From Gordius albopunctatus (taxonomy: Eukaryota), in contig OZ193909.1 of the NCBI GenBank assembly GCA_964276515.1, positions 1,860,001 to 1,924,000 on the forward strand: DNA of 64,000 bases. Reading direction: 5' to 3'. Below, piece by piece: positions 38,738 through 50,926 of the stretch. Every line of letters begins with the position of its first letter. Position 1 is the stretch's first letter. Below the pieces are notes generated by a model. It was not told the origin of the DNA. It worked only from the letters and a program-made list of their open reading frames with translations, and searched no databases. The translations under genes and the position numbers were made by a program.

Positions 38738-40638
38738 GGTAATAGTTCGGAGTGAAGGGTTTTTTTTAATATGTTAATAAGACGGCCCAATGACCAAATA
38801 TAACTTAATAGAAAAGGTGACTAAGAAGTTACCCAGACATAAAAGAGTCCGCTTTAAGGGCTTCTGCAGCAAGCCTTGACACGTCTGCCGCTTTATATCA
38901 TTTGAGGATTTTATAACATTAACAATTTCATATTTGTAACGTAACGGGCGGGCTGCTTGATCTAAAGAGGATCGTTGCAGATCCCTAAATTCGCATGCTC
39001 ATGTGTATGAGAGAAGATCTAAGTATTGGGAACTTAATATTGATATGAACTCAAAAAGCTAAGGGTTCAAAAAATTTGGAAAAAATTATACATGGGAATC
39101 TTGTTGGAAAAAGACTATAGAAATTTTTTTAATCGCCGTTGACACGTGTCCACTGGTTTAAAGTTTGAGTTTGAACCCCCTTTAAATGGATTAATGCTAG
39201 CTACGCCACTGGAATTAGAGTATTTGCCTTATTTTGCCGAACATAATAAATTTGTTTGCCAAGCCGTGTAGGAATGTTAATTTGTTAGTTCACGAATTTA
39301 TTGCATTTTTGACAAGTCAACGGCTTCGAAAAATTTATCCCTAGCCTGAGAGCAAGGAGTAAGAAAGTCATCCCGTAGAAAGATGGGCGTAGATTAGTCA
39401 TGTGGAAGTAGTGTGTGGTAGATGCTAAAGCTATGGCCAAAAGTCACATAAGATGCTAGAATTTAAGCATGACTCTATGATTAGTATGAGATTTTAAGTA
39501 AATTTAAATTACATACTCACGCATCTAGACTCACATGACTTCAACTCTAGCATGGGAAAAGATATATTTTTCACAATTTTTTATTTTATTTGATTATTTT
39601 GTGTAATTTGATATATCCCCAATTGTTTTCGTTAGATACATAAGTTTTTCATGTTATAATATAACTAAAAGCAACTAACTTGTGTATTGTATTTTTTTAT
39701 TAGTTAATTTAATTGTACACAGGTCTACAAATAAAACATCTCGCAATCCGAACAATAATTCCGATAGAGAATTTTGCGCTGAAAAATAGTATTATTTTAT
39801 TTTTTTTCTATAATTACTAGTTTTTTAGATATACAAGGTTGAAAGTGCCAAAAGGGCCCTTTTTAAGTTTTTTTTGAGGCTATATTGCCACGGCATTTAT
39901 AATACTTAGTCAAAAATAGTAATATATTCATGTAGATTAAAGTTTCATCTATAGGTCTATTTTTTAATTATTTTTATATCACCCTTATACTCAAATTTAT
40001 ACGCGTTTGCGTACACCCCTTCTCCTTATCAAAATCCATCACACGATGTCTGGTAAACGGAGAATGCGAATAAATGTAAATATAGAGGTGTAACAAAAAA
40101 AATAAATTAATGGACGTTTAGATGAAATTTTAATTTACATGAATATATTATTATTATTCTCTAAATATTAAAAACTAGATGAACCCGGCAAACGTTTTTT
40201 TCCATTTACCCGGGTGTATAAAATTATGTTGGAATTTTAGGGCATACATGATGTAAAAGCGGTTATTGAAGTAAAAATAAAGTTTGATAATTTTAACAAA
40301 TAGTTAAAGAGGGTCCAAGGCACAGGCCCACCCAAGAGATAAAACCTGGCCCCAACCCCCCCCCCCAAAGGAAAAAATTATTGGCCCCCTGGCCCTTCAA
40401 GCAATTTTTTTATATTTTTTTGTATTTAAGAAACAATATCATAATTATTTGTTTCTGAATAAAACTTTTAATTCTGAACTTAATAATGTCCGAAGAACTG
40501 AGATATATCAACATTTATTGCCACTTTGTTAATTGTATTTTCATTTTTCTCCTTATTTAACGCGCAAAAAATGGCAAAATTAGATTTTTTAATTTATTTA
40601 GTCACGCAGGAGGGGACACGACCGTCCTATAATAATAA

Positions 40639-41827
40639 AACTCGGCCCTTCGGCCCTCGTGGGAAGGGGGAAGAGGAGGAGGGGAGGGAAGGGGGAACTC
40701 ATCTACACTCCGTATAATTGTATCATATTTGCTATGCAATTTATGGAAATACTTACGTGAATATTGCAAAACGAAGGTTGGAAGCACTAAATAAGTGTAT
40801 ATGCCAAATATCATAAAGGGGGAGAGAGGGAGCGAAGGGGAAGCTTTATGGTTAGTTAAATTCTACGGGAAACAGTTGTATTACCAAAAAGTCATAATAG
40901 CAATGGTAGGAACAGGAACAATCATAATAGTAAAAAAAAACGGAAAAAATAATTTCGATTCACATTTTGGCCAATGGTCATTTTTTTCCATTGGTCAGCA
41001 GCCAGGACACGGTAAAAGTTGATATAAATTTATAACAGTCAAAAAAAACGAAAATCGAATCACATTTTGGCCAATGGTCATTTTATTCCATTGGTCAGCA
41101 GCCAGCGGACGGCCAAAAAGTCTTATTATCATTGATAGTATCAAAAAAAACTCCGGGATTCTAACCCAAAAACTAGATAAATTGCATAGCAATTATTTTT
41201 AACCTATTCAAAAACGAACAAAATATTTCGATTTATTTGGCCAATGATAATTTTTTTCAATTATCAATGTTAACCTATTCAAAAAAGAAAAACGAAAAAT
41301 TAGGATTTATTTGGCCAATGTTCATTTTTTCATTGGTCAGTAGCCAGCGGACGGTCAAAAAGTCATATTATCAATGGTATTAACAAGAACAAAATCTTAA
41401 ATTAATTAAAAAAATAAAAATTTTGCCCTCTCCGGGATTCAAACCCACATTAAATAGAGGCATAAGCCTTTGGAGGGGAACAGGGAACCATATAAATAGA
41501 GCCATAGGCCCTTGTAGGGGTGGGCATAGGGTAATTATCAATGTTAAACTATTCAAAAACGAAAAATTAAAAATTTCGATTTATCTGGCCAGTGGTCATT
41601 TTTTCATTGGTCAGTAGCCTGCGGACGGTCAAAAAGTCATATTATCAATGGTATTAACAAGAACAAAATATTAATTTAATTTAAAAAAAAAAAAATTTGT
41701 CCTCTCCGGGTCTCGAACCCGCAACCTCCAGGTCGGGAAGCTGGTGTAAATAACTTGGTGGACGACGGACGGACGGACGGACGACGGACAACCAAAAACG
41801 AGCCCATAAATTGCATAGCAATTAATA
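40639..41827 (-). mobile_element. Helentron-associated (DINE/HINE-like) element inserted in another repeat
   Basis: Same subterminal inverted repeat and (GACG)n microsatellite as 33512-34215, with a terminal hairpin GGCCCTTCGGCC. The host repeat 40487-40638 plus 41826-41856 is uninterrupted at 48721-48900. Confidence 0.7.
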
Positions 41828-42591
41828 AATGACGTGAAAAATAAACCAAAAAATGAAATAATTTTTCAATACAAAACCCTTAAAAATTATGTTTTGCCCC
41901 CCCCCCCCTAATTAGTCAAGGGAGGGCGGCTACCCCCTGCGTGTCAGGAAAAATTTAGGAATTTAGTAGTCGAAGACCTTTTTTTGCTCTCATGAAAATT
42001 TTTGGATAGTCGAGAAAAATTTTTTTTTGAATCTGTCCCCCTCCCTAATTCAAAACCTGCTTATTATACAATAATACCACTATTTTATTTTTCTAGTTAG
42101 CTGATTTATTTCAAATGCAATTTTCTTTAATATAATAAAATAATTAATTGAAGGATGGATAATTATTAAAAATATGCTTCTATGATCGACCACGTGATAA
42201 TAATTTAAATATTATTTATTTAATTTAAATAGTTTACTAAACCCCAATAATTTTGACCGTATACTGTAAAATTTTTATTATACTTTTAAATATCTAATTC
42301 GATAAAACTTCAGCCTTGTATGTATGACGTCATTATTGTATATGATGCTATAAATGAAACTGGCCGGGAAATGTCCGATATTTCTAAAACGAAAAGGTAT
42401 TTTAGGCTTCTGAAAAAACTATTTTACCCCTGGCCGTCTTGGGAACCTACGGGTAAAGTTTCGAGCGAATTGGGCAGGTAGTTTCAGAATTAAGCCATTT
42501 TTTAAAACTAAAAGGCACATATTTTTAAAACTAAAAGGAATTTTAGGATTCTTAAAAAGCTATTTTACCCCTGGCCGCCCTGGGCATCTAC

Positions 42592-43361
42592 GGAAGAGCA
42601 TATCAGAGAGTAAGAAAGGAGCTGCACTTGGTAGAGGGATGTATAATGAGGGGAGCACGAATAGTAATACCGGAAAGTTTAAGGAGGGAGGCGTTAAAGG
42701 TAGTGCATGCGGGTCATCAAGGGATAAGTAAGATGAAACAATGGGCACGGGAATATATGTGGTGGCCTGAAATGACCCAGGATATCGAAGATTTGGCCAA
42801 AGCGTGTGAAGCTTGTAATGTAGTGGGGGATATGCCGAGGGGGAGGGCTTGGGAGAGGGTACATGTAGACTTCTTTGAGTGGAGAGGCAAGGCGTTTTTA
42901 TTGGTGGTAGACGCGTATTCTAAGTGGGTGGAATTTTTTAAAGTAAGTAAAATGTCGGGAAGGGTGGTGATTGGCATTATGAAAGGATTGTTTGGAAAAT
43001 ATGGATTGCCCATAAGGGTTGTATCGGACGGAGGACCGGTCTTCATTAGTAAGGAGTTGAGCAAATTTTTTATTGAGCAAGGGGTAAGACATGAAGTGAT
43101 TGCGCCGTATTATCCGCAATCAAATGGCCAGGCAGAGAGAATGGTAGGAATAGTAAAAAGCTGGTTCAAAAAGGAGGAAGCGGGTGGGGGAGAATTATGG
43201 AAGATGCAAATGGTATACAATAGTGCCAGTAAACTGGGAGAAAAATCACCGAGTGAGAAGTTCTTAGGTAAAATGGGCCCCTGGAGTAATTAGGAAGGCA
43301 GACAGTAATTTCAAATATTGGGTAGAAGATAGCGATGCGAATGAAATGGCACGTCATGTGA
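42592..43361 (+). mobile_element. Inverted duplicate of the Gypsy integrase region
   Basis: Near-identical reverse complement of about 44126-45012 with an internal deletion of about 115 bp; ORF 42628-43293 has HHCC and D,D,E integrase motifs. Confidence 0.92.
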
Positions 43362-43539
43362 TGACTCATTCACCTAAAAAAATAAGTAATGTAAAGTATC
43401 AAAGGTGAAGTGAGGTATTATTGCGATGTTGTATGTGTACTTGGATAGTATTTCGGTGTTATATCAGTTGTTTTATACGGATGGAGTATAGTATTTCAGT
43501 TGTATATTAATTTTCTCATATTTTTATTGTGTAATTAAT

Positions 43540-46500
43540 ATTAGGTCCGAGAATAATATGTCCGCGAATAAATCGTACGTCCAATATTAGGTTCGAGAAT
43601 AATTCGTACGTCTGATAAATATTTTATTCCAAGTAAAAATTATGCCAAAAACGATTTATTTTTAGGTAAATTTATTGATTGATTTTATGTATGTTCGCCG
43701 ATGTCCTCCTTTTTTCCGGATACTCATTTTCCGGTATTACTATTCGTGCTCCCCTCATTATACATCCCTCTACCAAGTGCAGCTCCTTTCTTACTCTCCG
43801 ATATGCTCTTTCTTCCATGCCCCATTCCCTATTCCCTTGCACACATTCACCCACCTTCTGTAACATCAAATCCCCGACCATGCTATCTCTCATCTGATCC
43901 CACGAGACGGGCCCCTTTATCTCCACTCTAAGCGCCGCCACGTTCTCGTACTCACTTGTGCCTTCTTTATATTCCTTACTATTCGTCCCCTCATTCGCAT
44001 CCTTTTCATGGGGCATCCACCTAGACAAAATATCCGGCAAATAGTTCATCTTTCCCGGCCTGTCCAAACACCTATCTCTTAACTGCATCCCTATATCCCC
44101 GAACTCTTTCCTCCTCTTTAACTGATTCACATGACGTGCCATTTCATTCGCATCGCTATCTTCTACTCAATATTTGAAATTACTGTCTGCCTTCCTAATT
44201 ACTCCAGGGGCCCATTTGACTTTAGCATTAAATAGCCTCAACCACACCAGATCCCCTCTTTTGAACATGGTTCTTTCTCTTATCTCCTCTCCATTCTCCT
44301 TTCTGAAGAAGTCTATCCAACATCTACCCCTTTTACCTAAGAACTTCTCACTCGGTGATTTTTCTCCCAGTTTACTGGCACTATTGTATACCATTTGCAT
44401 CTTCCATAATTCTCCCCCACCCGCTTCCTCCTTTTTGAACCAGCTTTTTACTATTCCTACCATTCTCTCTGCCTGGCCATTTGATTGCGGATAATACGGC
44501 GCAATCACTTCATGTCTTACCCCTTGCTCAATAAAAAATTTGCTCAACTCCTTACTAATGAAGACCGGTCCTCCGTCCGATACAACCCTTATGGGCAATC
44601 CATATTTTCCAAACAATCCTTTCATAATGCCAATCACCACCCTTCCCGACATTTTACTTACTTTAAAAAATTCCACCCACTTAGAATACGCGTCTACCAC
44701 CAATAAAAACGCCTTGCCTCTCCACTCAAAGAAGTCTACATGTACCCTCTCCCAAGCCCTCCCCCTCGGCATATCCCCCACTACATTACAAGCTTCACAC
44801 GCTTTGGCCAAATCTTCGATATCCTGGGTCATTTCAGGCCACCACATATATTCCCGTGCCCATTGTTTCATCTTACTTATCCCTTGATGACCCGCATGCA
44901 CTACCTTTAACGCCTCCCTCCTTAAACTTTCCGGTATTACTATTCGTGCTCCCCTCATTATACATCCCTCTACCAAGTGCAGCTCCTTTCTTACTCTCCG
45001 ATATGCTCTTTCTTCCATGCCCCATTCCCTATTCCCTTGCACACATTCACCCACCTTCTGTAACATCAAATCCCCGACCATGCTATCTCTTATCTGATCC
45101 CACGAGACGGACCCTTTATCTCCACTCTAAGCGCCGCCACGTTCTCGTACTCACTTGTGCCTTCTTTATATTCCTGACTATTCGTCCCCTCATTCGCATC
45201 CTTTTCATGGGGCATCCACCTGGACAAAATATCCGGCAAATAGTTCATCTTTCCCGGTCTATATTCGATGCTAACATTAAAACCTCCCATTAATATTAAC
45301 CACCTTTGGAGTCTCGGGGACAGCATTAACTGGTTATTGTCCTTCTTAAATAAATCTCTTAACGGTTTATGATCGGTATATAAGGTAAACGGCCGGCCTA
45401 TTAAGTATTCCCTACATCTTACCACTCCATATACCATGGCTAACGCCTCTTTCTCAATTACCGAATATCGTAAATCACAGTCCCTTAACTTCCGTGAAAA
45501 ATATAAAATGGGTCTCTCTACTCCTTCTTCCACCTGTAATAATACTCCCCCGACACCCAACATCGACGCATCTATCGCCAATCTTGTCTCCCTTTCATTG
45601 TCAAAGCATACTAATACAGGCATAGCGGCCAGAGATTGCTTTAACTGCTCATAACTATACTGACAACTTTCGTCCCATTTAAAGGCTATCCTCCTCCGTA
45701 TCAAGCCATACAAAGGTGCTGCCAACTGAGCAAAATCTTTTATAAACTTACTATAATAATTGAATATCCCCCAAGAAGCTCTGTAGTTCCTTCTTCGTAT
45801 TCGGAACCCTCAAACTCCTGATAACCTCCACCTTGTCAGCTACCGGCTCTATCGTATCTCCCTTCAATACATGACCCAAATATGTCACTTCCTCCACTGC
45901 AAACACACTTTTTTCCCTGCTTACTATCATACCCCTCTCTTTAATCCTGCTTAACACTTCATATAACCGAGCATTATGCTCCGCCTTTGACCTACCACTT
46001 ACTAACACATCATCCATATAATAAAATACCCCTTCCAGATCCCGAAAAATGGCAGCCATTGTCATTTGGAATATCGGGGCCGACACACTGAGCCCAAATG
46101 GCAACCGCAGAAATGCAAATAAACCCTTGTGCGTATTTATGGTTAAATATCCACTGGTCCTCTCGGAAACAGGTAATTGTAAATAAGCACTGGCGAAATC
46201 GATCTTTGAATACCATCGACAGCCACTCAACCGTGCCACAATTTTTTTAAACCGAGGTAGTGGGTACTTAACATCTCTTACGCATTGGTTAAGAGTTATC
46301 CGAAAATCCACACATAATCTTAATGTCCCATTTGCCTTTCTTACTGGCACTAAAGGTGTCGCCCAATAACTCGACATGACTTCCTTGATTACCCCCTCTT
46401 TCAGCCATTTTTCCAATTCTATCTCCACTTCCTCCTTCCATTCTATCCTTCGCGCCCCACAAAACTTGGGTAAAGCGCCTTCCTTTAATTCTATTTCTAC

Positions 46501-48266
46501 TTCTACCCCTTTGCAACGTCCTAATCTGTCTTCAGAAACGGTTTCAAATTCCCGCAACAACTCTTTTATCTCGTCACCTTCCTCCCTCTCCCCCTCTCCT
46601 TCCTGAAACATCACTTCTAATGCTATCTCACTCTTCCTTACCCAATCCCACCAGTTAAATTCCTTCGACCATGCATCAATCCATTCCCACCACACGATAT
46701 TAATGGCTTTCCAGTCCATGACATACACCTCTGCCCTTTTTATATTCTTATCGTGCCTAACTGTTACCCTGCATTTACCTAAGACTTTCAATTCTTGCCC
46801 CGTTAACAAGCGGACGTTAACCGTACACTTCATGTCTAATTTCGACTTGCCTAAAGTAACCCATGCCTCTTTATTTATAATCGTAATTGCGGACCCGGTA
46901 TCTACCAACATTAGATATGTTTCCCCATTCAAATTGACCTTGATACACGGTTGTTTATTCGCAAATGACCCAAATTTTACATAGTTATAGGCTCTTACTA
47001 ATCTTTTTCCCCATTCCCTTCTCATCCATCCCAACCCCATTTTAAACACACACCTCGCCATCACTGTCCTTCGCCACAATCTACAGCTCCCTCTCCCTAC
47101 ACAACGATACAAGTTTAATTCTAAGCTAATTAGGTCTAAATACTTTTGCCCTATCCAACGTAATATGTAAAACATATATGAAATATAAAGAAATATCATT
47201 TTTACAATCATAACAAGAACAAAATTAAATATTTTTATATACAAAATACAATTAAAAGCATGCCAAAAAACAGTTCTACACCCTATTAGTCATGTCACCA
47301 CTCGCCTAGGGCACTCTCTTGACCTGTGCCCCTCCCCTCGACAGATAAAACATATAAGGCCCTGGTTATCTCTCGGACATGACCTCATTCCATGGCCTAA
47401 CTATCCGCATTTGTAACACTTTACATTATTGCTACTACTCAGCTTCCGCCCCTCACAGGCCGCACATTTTTTTAAAGCAGCCATAATACATGACATGCAA
47501 ACATTTAATAGAAAACCTACACAAAAAACAATTACATATACATAATACTCCCATACATATTCACGTTTAATATACATTGTTGATTAGAAATCTAATAATG
47601 ATGCTTAACACAATCCTACAAAATTTCCTCTTAATTTCCGCCCAATTTAAGAATATACAAATTATTATTATTAAATACCCCAAAATTTTTATCATAAAAT
47701 TACCTATCTGTATCCGACTTCGTATCGCACTTTACTCTTTCCCCAGTTTATGATTTCCCGAATAATGGTTTTTTCACGTTGGGCGCCAATATTATGTCCG
47801 CAAATAAATCGTAAGTCCAATATTAGGTCCGAGAATATTATGTCCGCGAATAAATCGTACGTCCAATATTAGGTCCGAGAATAATTCGTACGTCCGATAA
47901 ATATTTTATTCCAAGTAAAAAATTATGCCAAAAACGATTTTATTTCCAGGAAAATTTATTGATTCATATTGTATGTTCGCCGATGTCCCCTTTTGTCCGG
48001 ATACTCTTCTTTTCTTCTCGGGTCTTGCACCAGTTTTCATTCCTTCCACCAGTTGTTATTGCCTCTGATAATACTCTCTTTGTGTGTCCCGCGCCAGTTG
48101 TTATTCTCCTTTGCGTCCTTCACGTTACTCTTCTTAGATTTCTTTTGTCTCTCGCTTGCTATCGTCCCGCTACCCTGCGCCTCTGGTTGATCGTCTTTCA
48201 CGACTCCACATATGCCGCGCCTCTCGTTGCTCGTCTTCAAAGAATCAATATGTGACATATATGACA
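43540..48266 (-). mobile_element. Rearranged Ty3/Gypsy LTR retrotransposon
   Basis: LTR about 48266-47790; PBS TGGCGCCCAACGTG (47788-47775, tRNA-Lys type); two CCHC knuckles near 47300-47425, one with a stop; protease LVDTGS, RT YMDD, RNase H DAS...EKE...TDHKPL, integrase 44167-45081 (order PR-RT-RH-IN); internal direct duplication 43727-44065; partial LTR 43540-43725. Confidence 0.95.
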
Positions 48267-50608
48267 TGTTAGAACAATATTTGGAGTTCGAGCAACGTGT
48301 GCCGTTTTTCTAAAACGCCATGAGCAGAAGGCAACAATTGGAGTGGAAATTTTAGCTGGAAGGAGGGCCTAAAATTAAGCCGTTTTGTGGGCTCTGCGAG
48401 ATTTAGACCATTATAATTAGTTGAAGGGGGCAATAATCTATTCAGGTTAAACATTTAAAGTGCGGACCATTTTGCCAGGTGATAAGAGTTGAGCAATCGG
48501 GCCCCATTCTTCTTGGTCAGAGAGCTCTTAGACCCATGAAACATTAAGGTTCCTTTTCCTCCCCTGCTTAAATTTCACAGCAAATGAAATGTTTTTCAAC
48601 GAAGTGTAAAAGAGCTTAGGTTAAAGGCTCAACAAAAAACAACACAGGGCACGGGGGCGCTACCTAACACCAAAGAACCGACAACCTTTTTAGGAGTTAG
48701 GGGCGTAGCCCTTCTTAGAGGTCCGAAGAACTGAGATATATCAACATTTATTGGCACTTTTAATTGTATTTTCATTTTTCTCCTTATTTAACGCGCAAAA
48801 AATGACAAAATCAGATGTTTAAATTTACTAAGCCGCACAGGAGGAGACACGACAGTCCTATAATAATAATAATTGACGTGAAAAATAAGCAAAAAAATGA
48901 CTTTGAATCATGGGCGTACCCAGGGGGAAAGCCCCCCCTAATTTAAAAAAAAAAATTTTCAATATAAAAACCCTTAAAAATATTGTTTTGCCCCCCCCCC
49001 CCCCACAACACCAAAATTAATTTTTTGGGAAATAATATTAGGTCACATACTTTTATAGCGTTTACTATTTGAGTGTAAAATATTTGCTATGTTTCGTATA
49101 TATCGTATATATACGGATGTCTTGTTCATTGATTGTGAGATTTCTTAACATTGTAGGATACCCCATTTGATCTTACACGCGTTAATTAATATAACTCGCA
49201 CATATATAACAACTGCTGTATCCCATACACTTCTGATTTCTTATACTGATTTTAATATATACAATCGTAGTACTGAATAAAGACTCTTTTGTTCGTTAGT
49301 ATGTAAATTTATTTATGTCTACACAATCTCCCTTCCCTGGCCTTACTATTTAATATCTGGTATACTATGGTATACCTCTTTTCCTTTCCATTTAATTTTA
49401 CTTAAGTGTGTGTTACTTTTCCTCCCACCCCCCCCCCCCCCCCCAAGCACTTATACGTGTTTGTTATTTCTTTCCCTCATATATTATTATTGATCAACAC
49501 GCACCATTGAATTTTGTATAAGCGTACTGTATCGATAACTTTTTATATATACATTCTTTTTAATTTTTAGTTGTATAAGAATAAATAAATTAAAATACGA
49601 TGTAAGTTGAAAAGGTTTAATAAATTAAGTCTTCCTTGAATGGAAAGGGTTTCCCCTGACCTGCCGTCTTCCAATATATCCCCCTGTCCTCCTCAATTAT
49701 CCCAATATATCCCTGATTCCCCTTCAATTTTTAAATCGTGTTCCCGCAGACCTTTTATTTTATTCCGCCGCTGGAACCTGATACTATGTGAGCAATTTAC
49801 TAAATCCTTAAAACTTATGCTCCTATTCCATCAACGTGTTTTCACGACGGTCTAATGTTGGCAAATATTTATTCGTGTTATAAATTATGATAAAATTACA
49901 AATCATATCTTATAAGTTTCTATAAGAATTTTATAATTTCGCGATAAATTCTTTAGGAACGAACTGATGACGGTTATATCATAGGGCTAAAACTTTTGTC
50001 TTAAATTATTTATCTTAATACATTATATATAAGCGCCAATGCTAATTATGAGTCTCAACTAGTTTAAATATGTAAATGGCATGTTTAAAAAGGTTTTAAA
50101 ATAGGAAATATTTCTCCATTTTAATTTTTTAATTATATAATAAACTAAATAAATTTGGGAAAGAACTAGATAATATAAAATTATTATAAATCGACAGATG
50201 AGGAGATTTCTAGTTGAGGTGAAACCGAGATTTTTTTTAATCCAATACGAGATAAAGATTCTCATAATGGCACCCGAGACGAGACGATATTTGGTTTGGA
50301 GACCGATATGTGTTCAAAACACTAATACAGCTAGAAATATAATTTGAAATAAAGGATTAGAAAAGTGGCGTAACAAAGTTGTTATTTTTATCTACATTTG
50401 TATTAAAAAAGTGAGATATATGTAGAAATTTATAATATTGAAACTAATTTCAAACGGAAAATAATATTTTTTATTCGCTAGTGCATATATAATTCGAATT
50501 TTTATTTAATAATAATTAATTTTATTTGAATGTTAGCGTCAGGCTATAGTGCTTCGATAGCTCTGGCGCCTCTAGGTCACTGCTCTATAGCTCTAGATCT
50601 TCCATGGG

Positions 50609-50772
50609 CATAGGCGTAGCCATAATTGGAATTAGAGGGAGAAAATAATGATTTAGGGAAGGACAAAATATACATTTTTTGAAATTTTAGCTATTTTAAT
50701 AAATTTAAACGATTTTTTGAATATAGAAGGGGGTAGTATCCCCAGCCCCGCTACCCCCCAGCTACGCCCATG
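50609..50772. mobile_element. hAT-type MITE about 155 bp upstream of the macroH2A ATG
   Basis: TIR CATAGGCGTAGC / GCTACGCCCATG; TSD TCCATGGG / TCCATGTG (7/8). Confidence 0.8.
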
Positions 50773-50926
50773 TCCATGTGACCTCTATTGTAGAGAATGT
50801 GCTATTGCTATAACGTATACAAAGGGTTATGCTATAAAGCGAGGAAGCGCTCGCTACACTTTTCCCTCTCACGCCAACATACCTATCCTTCATCACCTGG
50901 GTACCAGGATGACCGTGAATTGAATT

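Noticed and set aside
43675..46984. Many short plus-strand ORFs over the Gypsy element, and similar ORFs over the RTEs
   Set aside because: Antisense shadows of pol/RT with no recognisable motifs.
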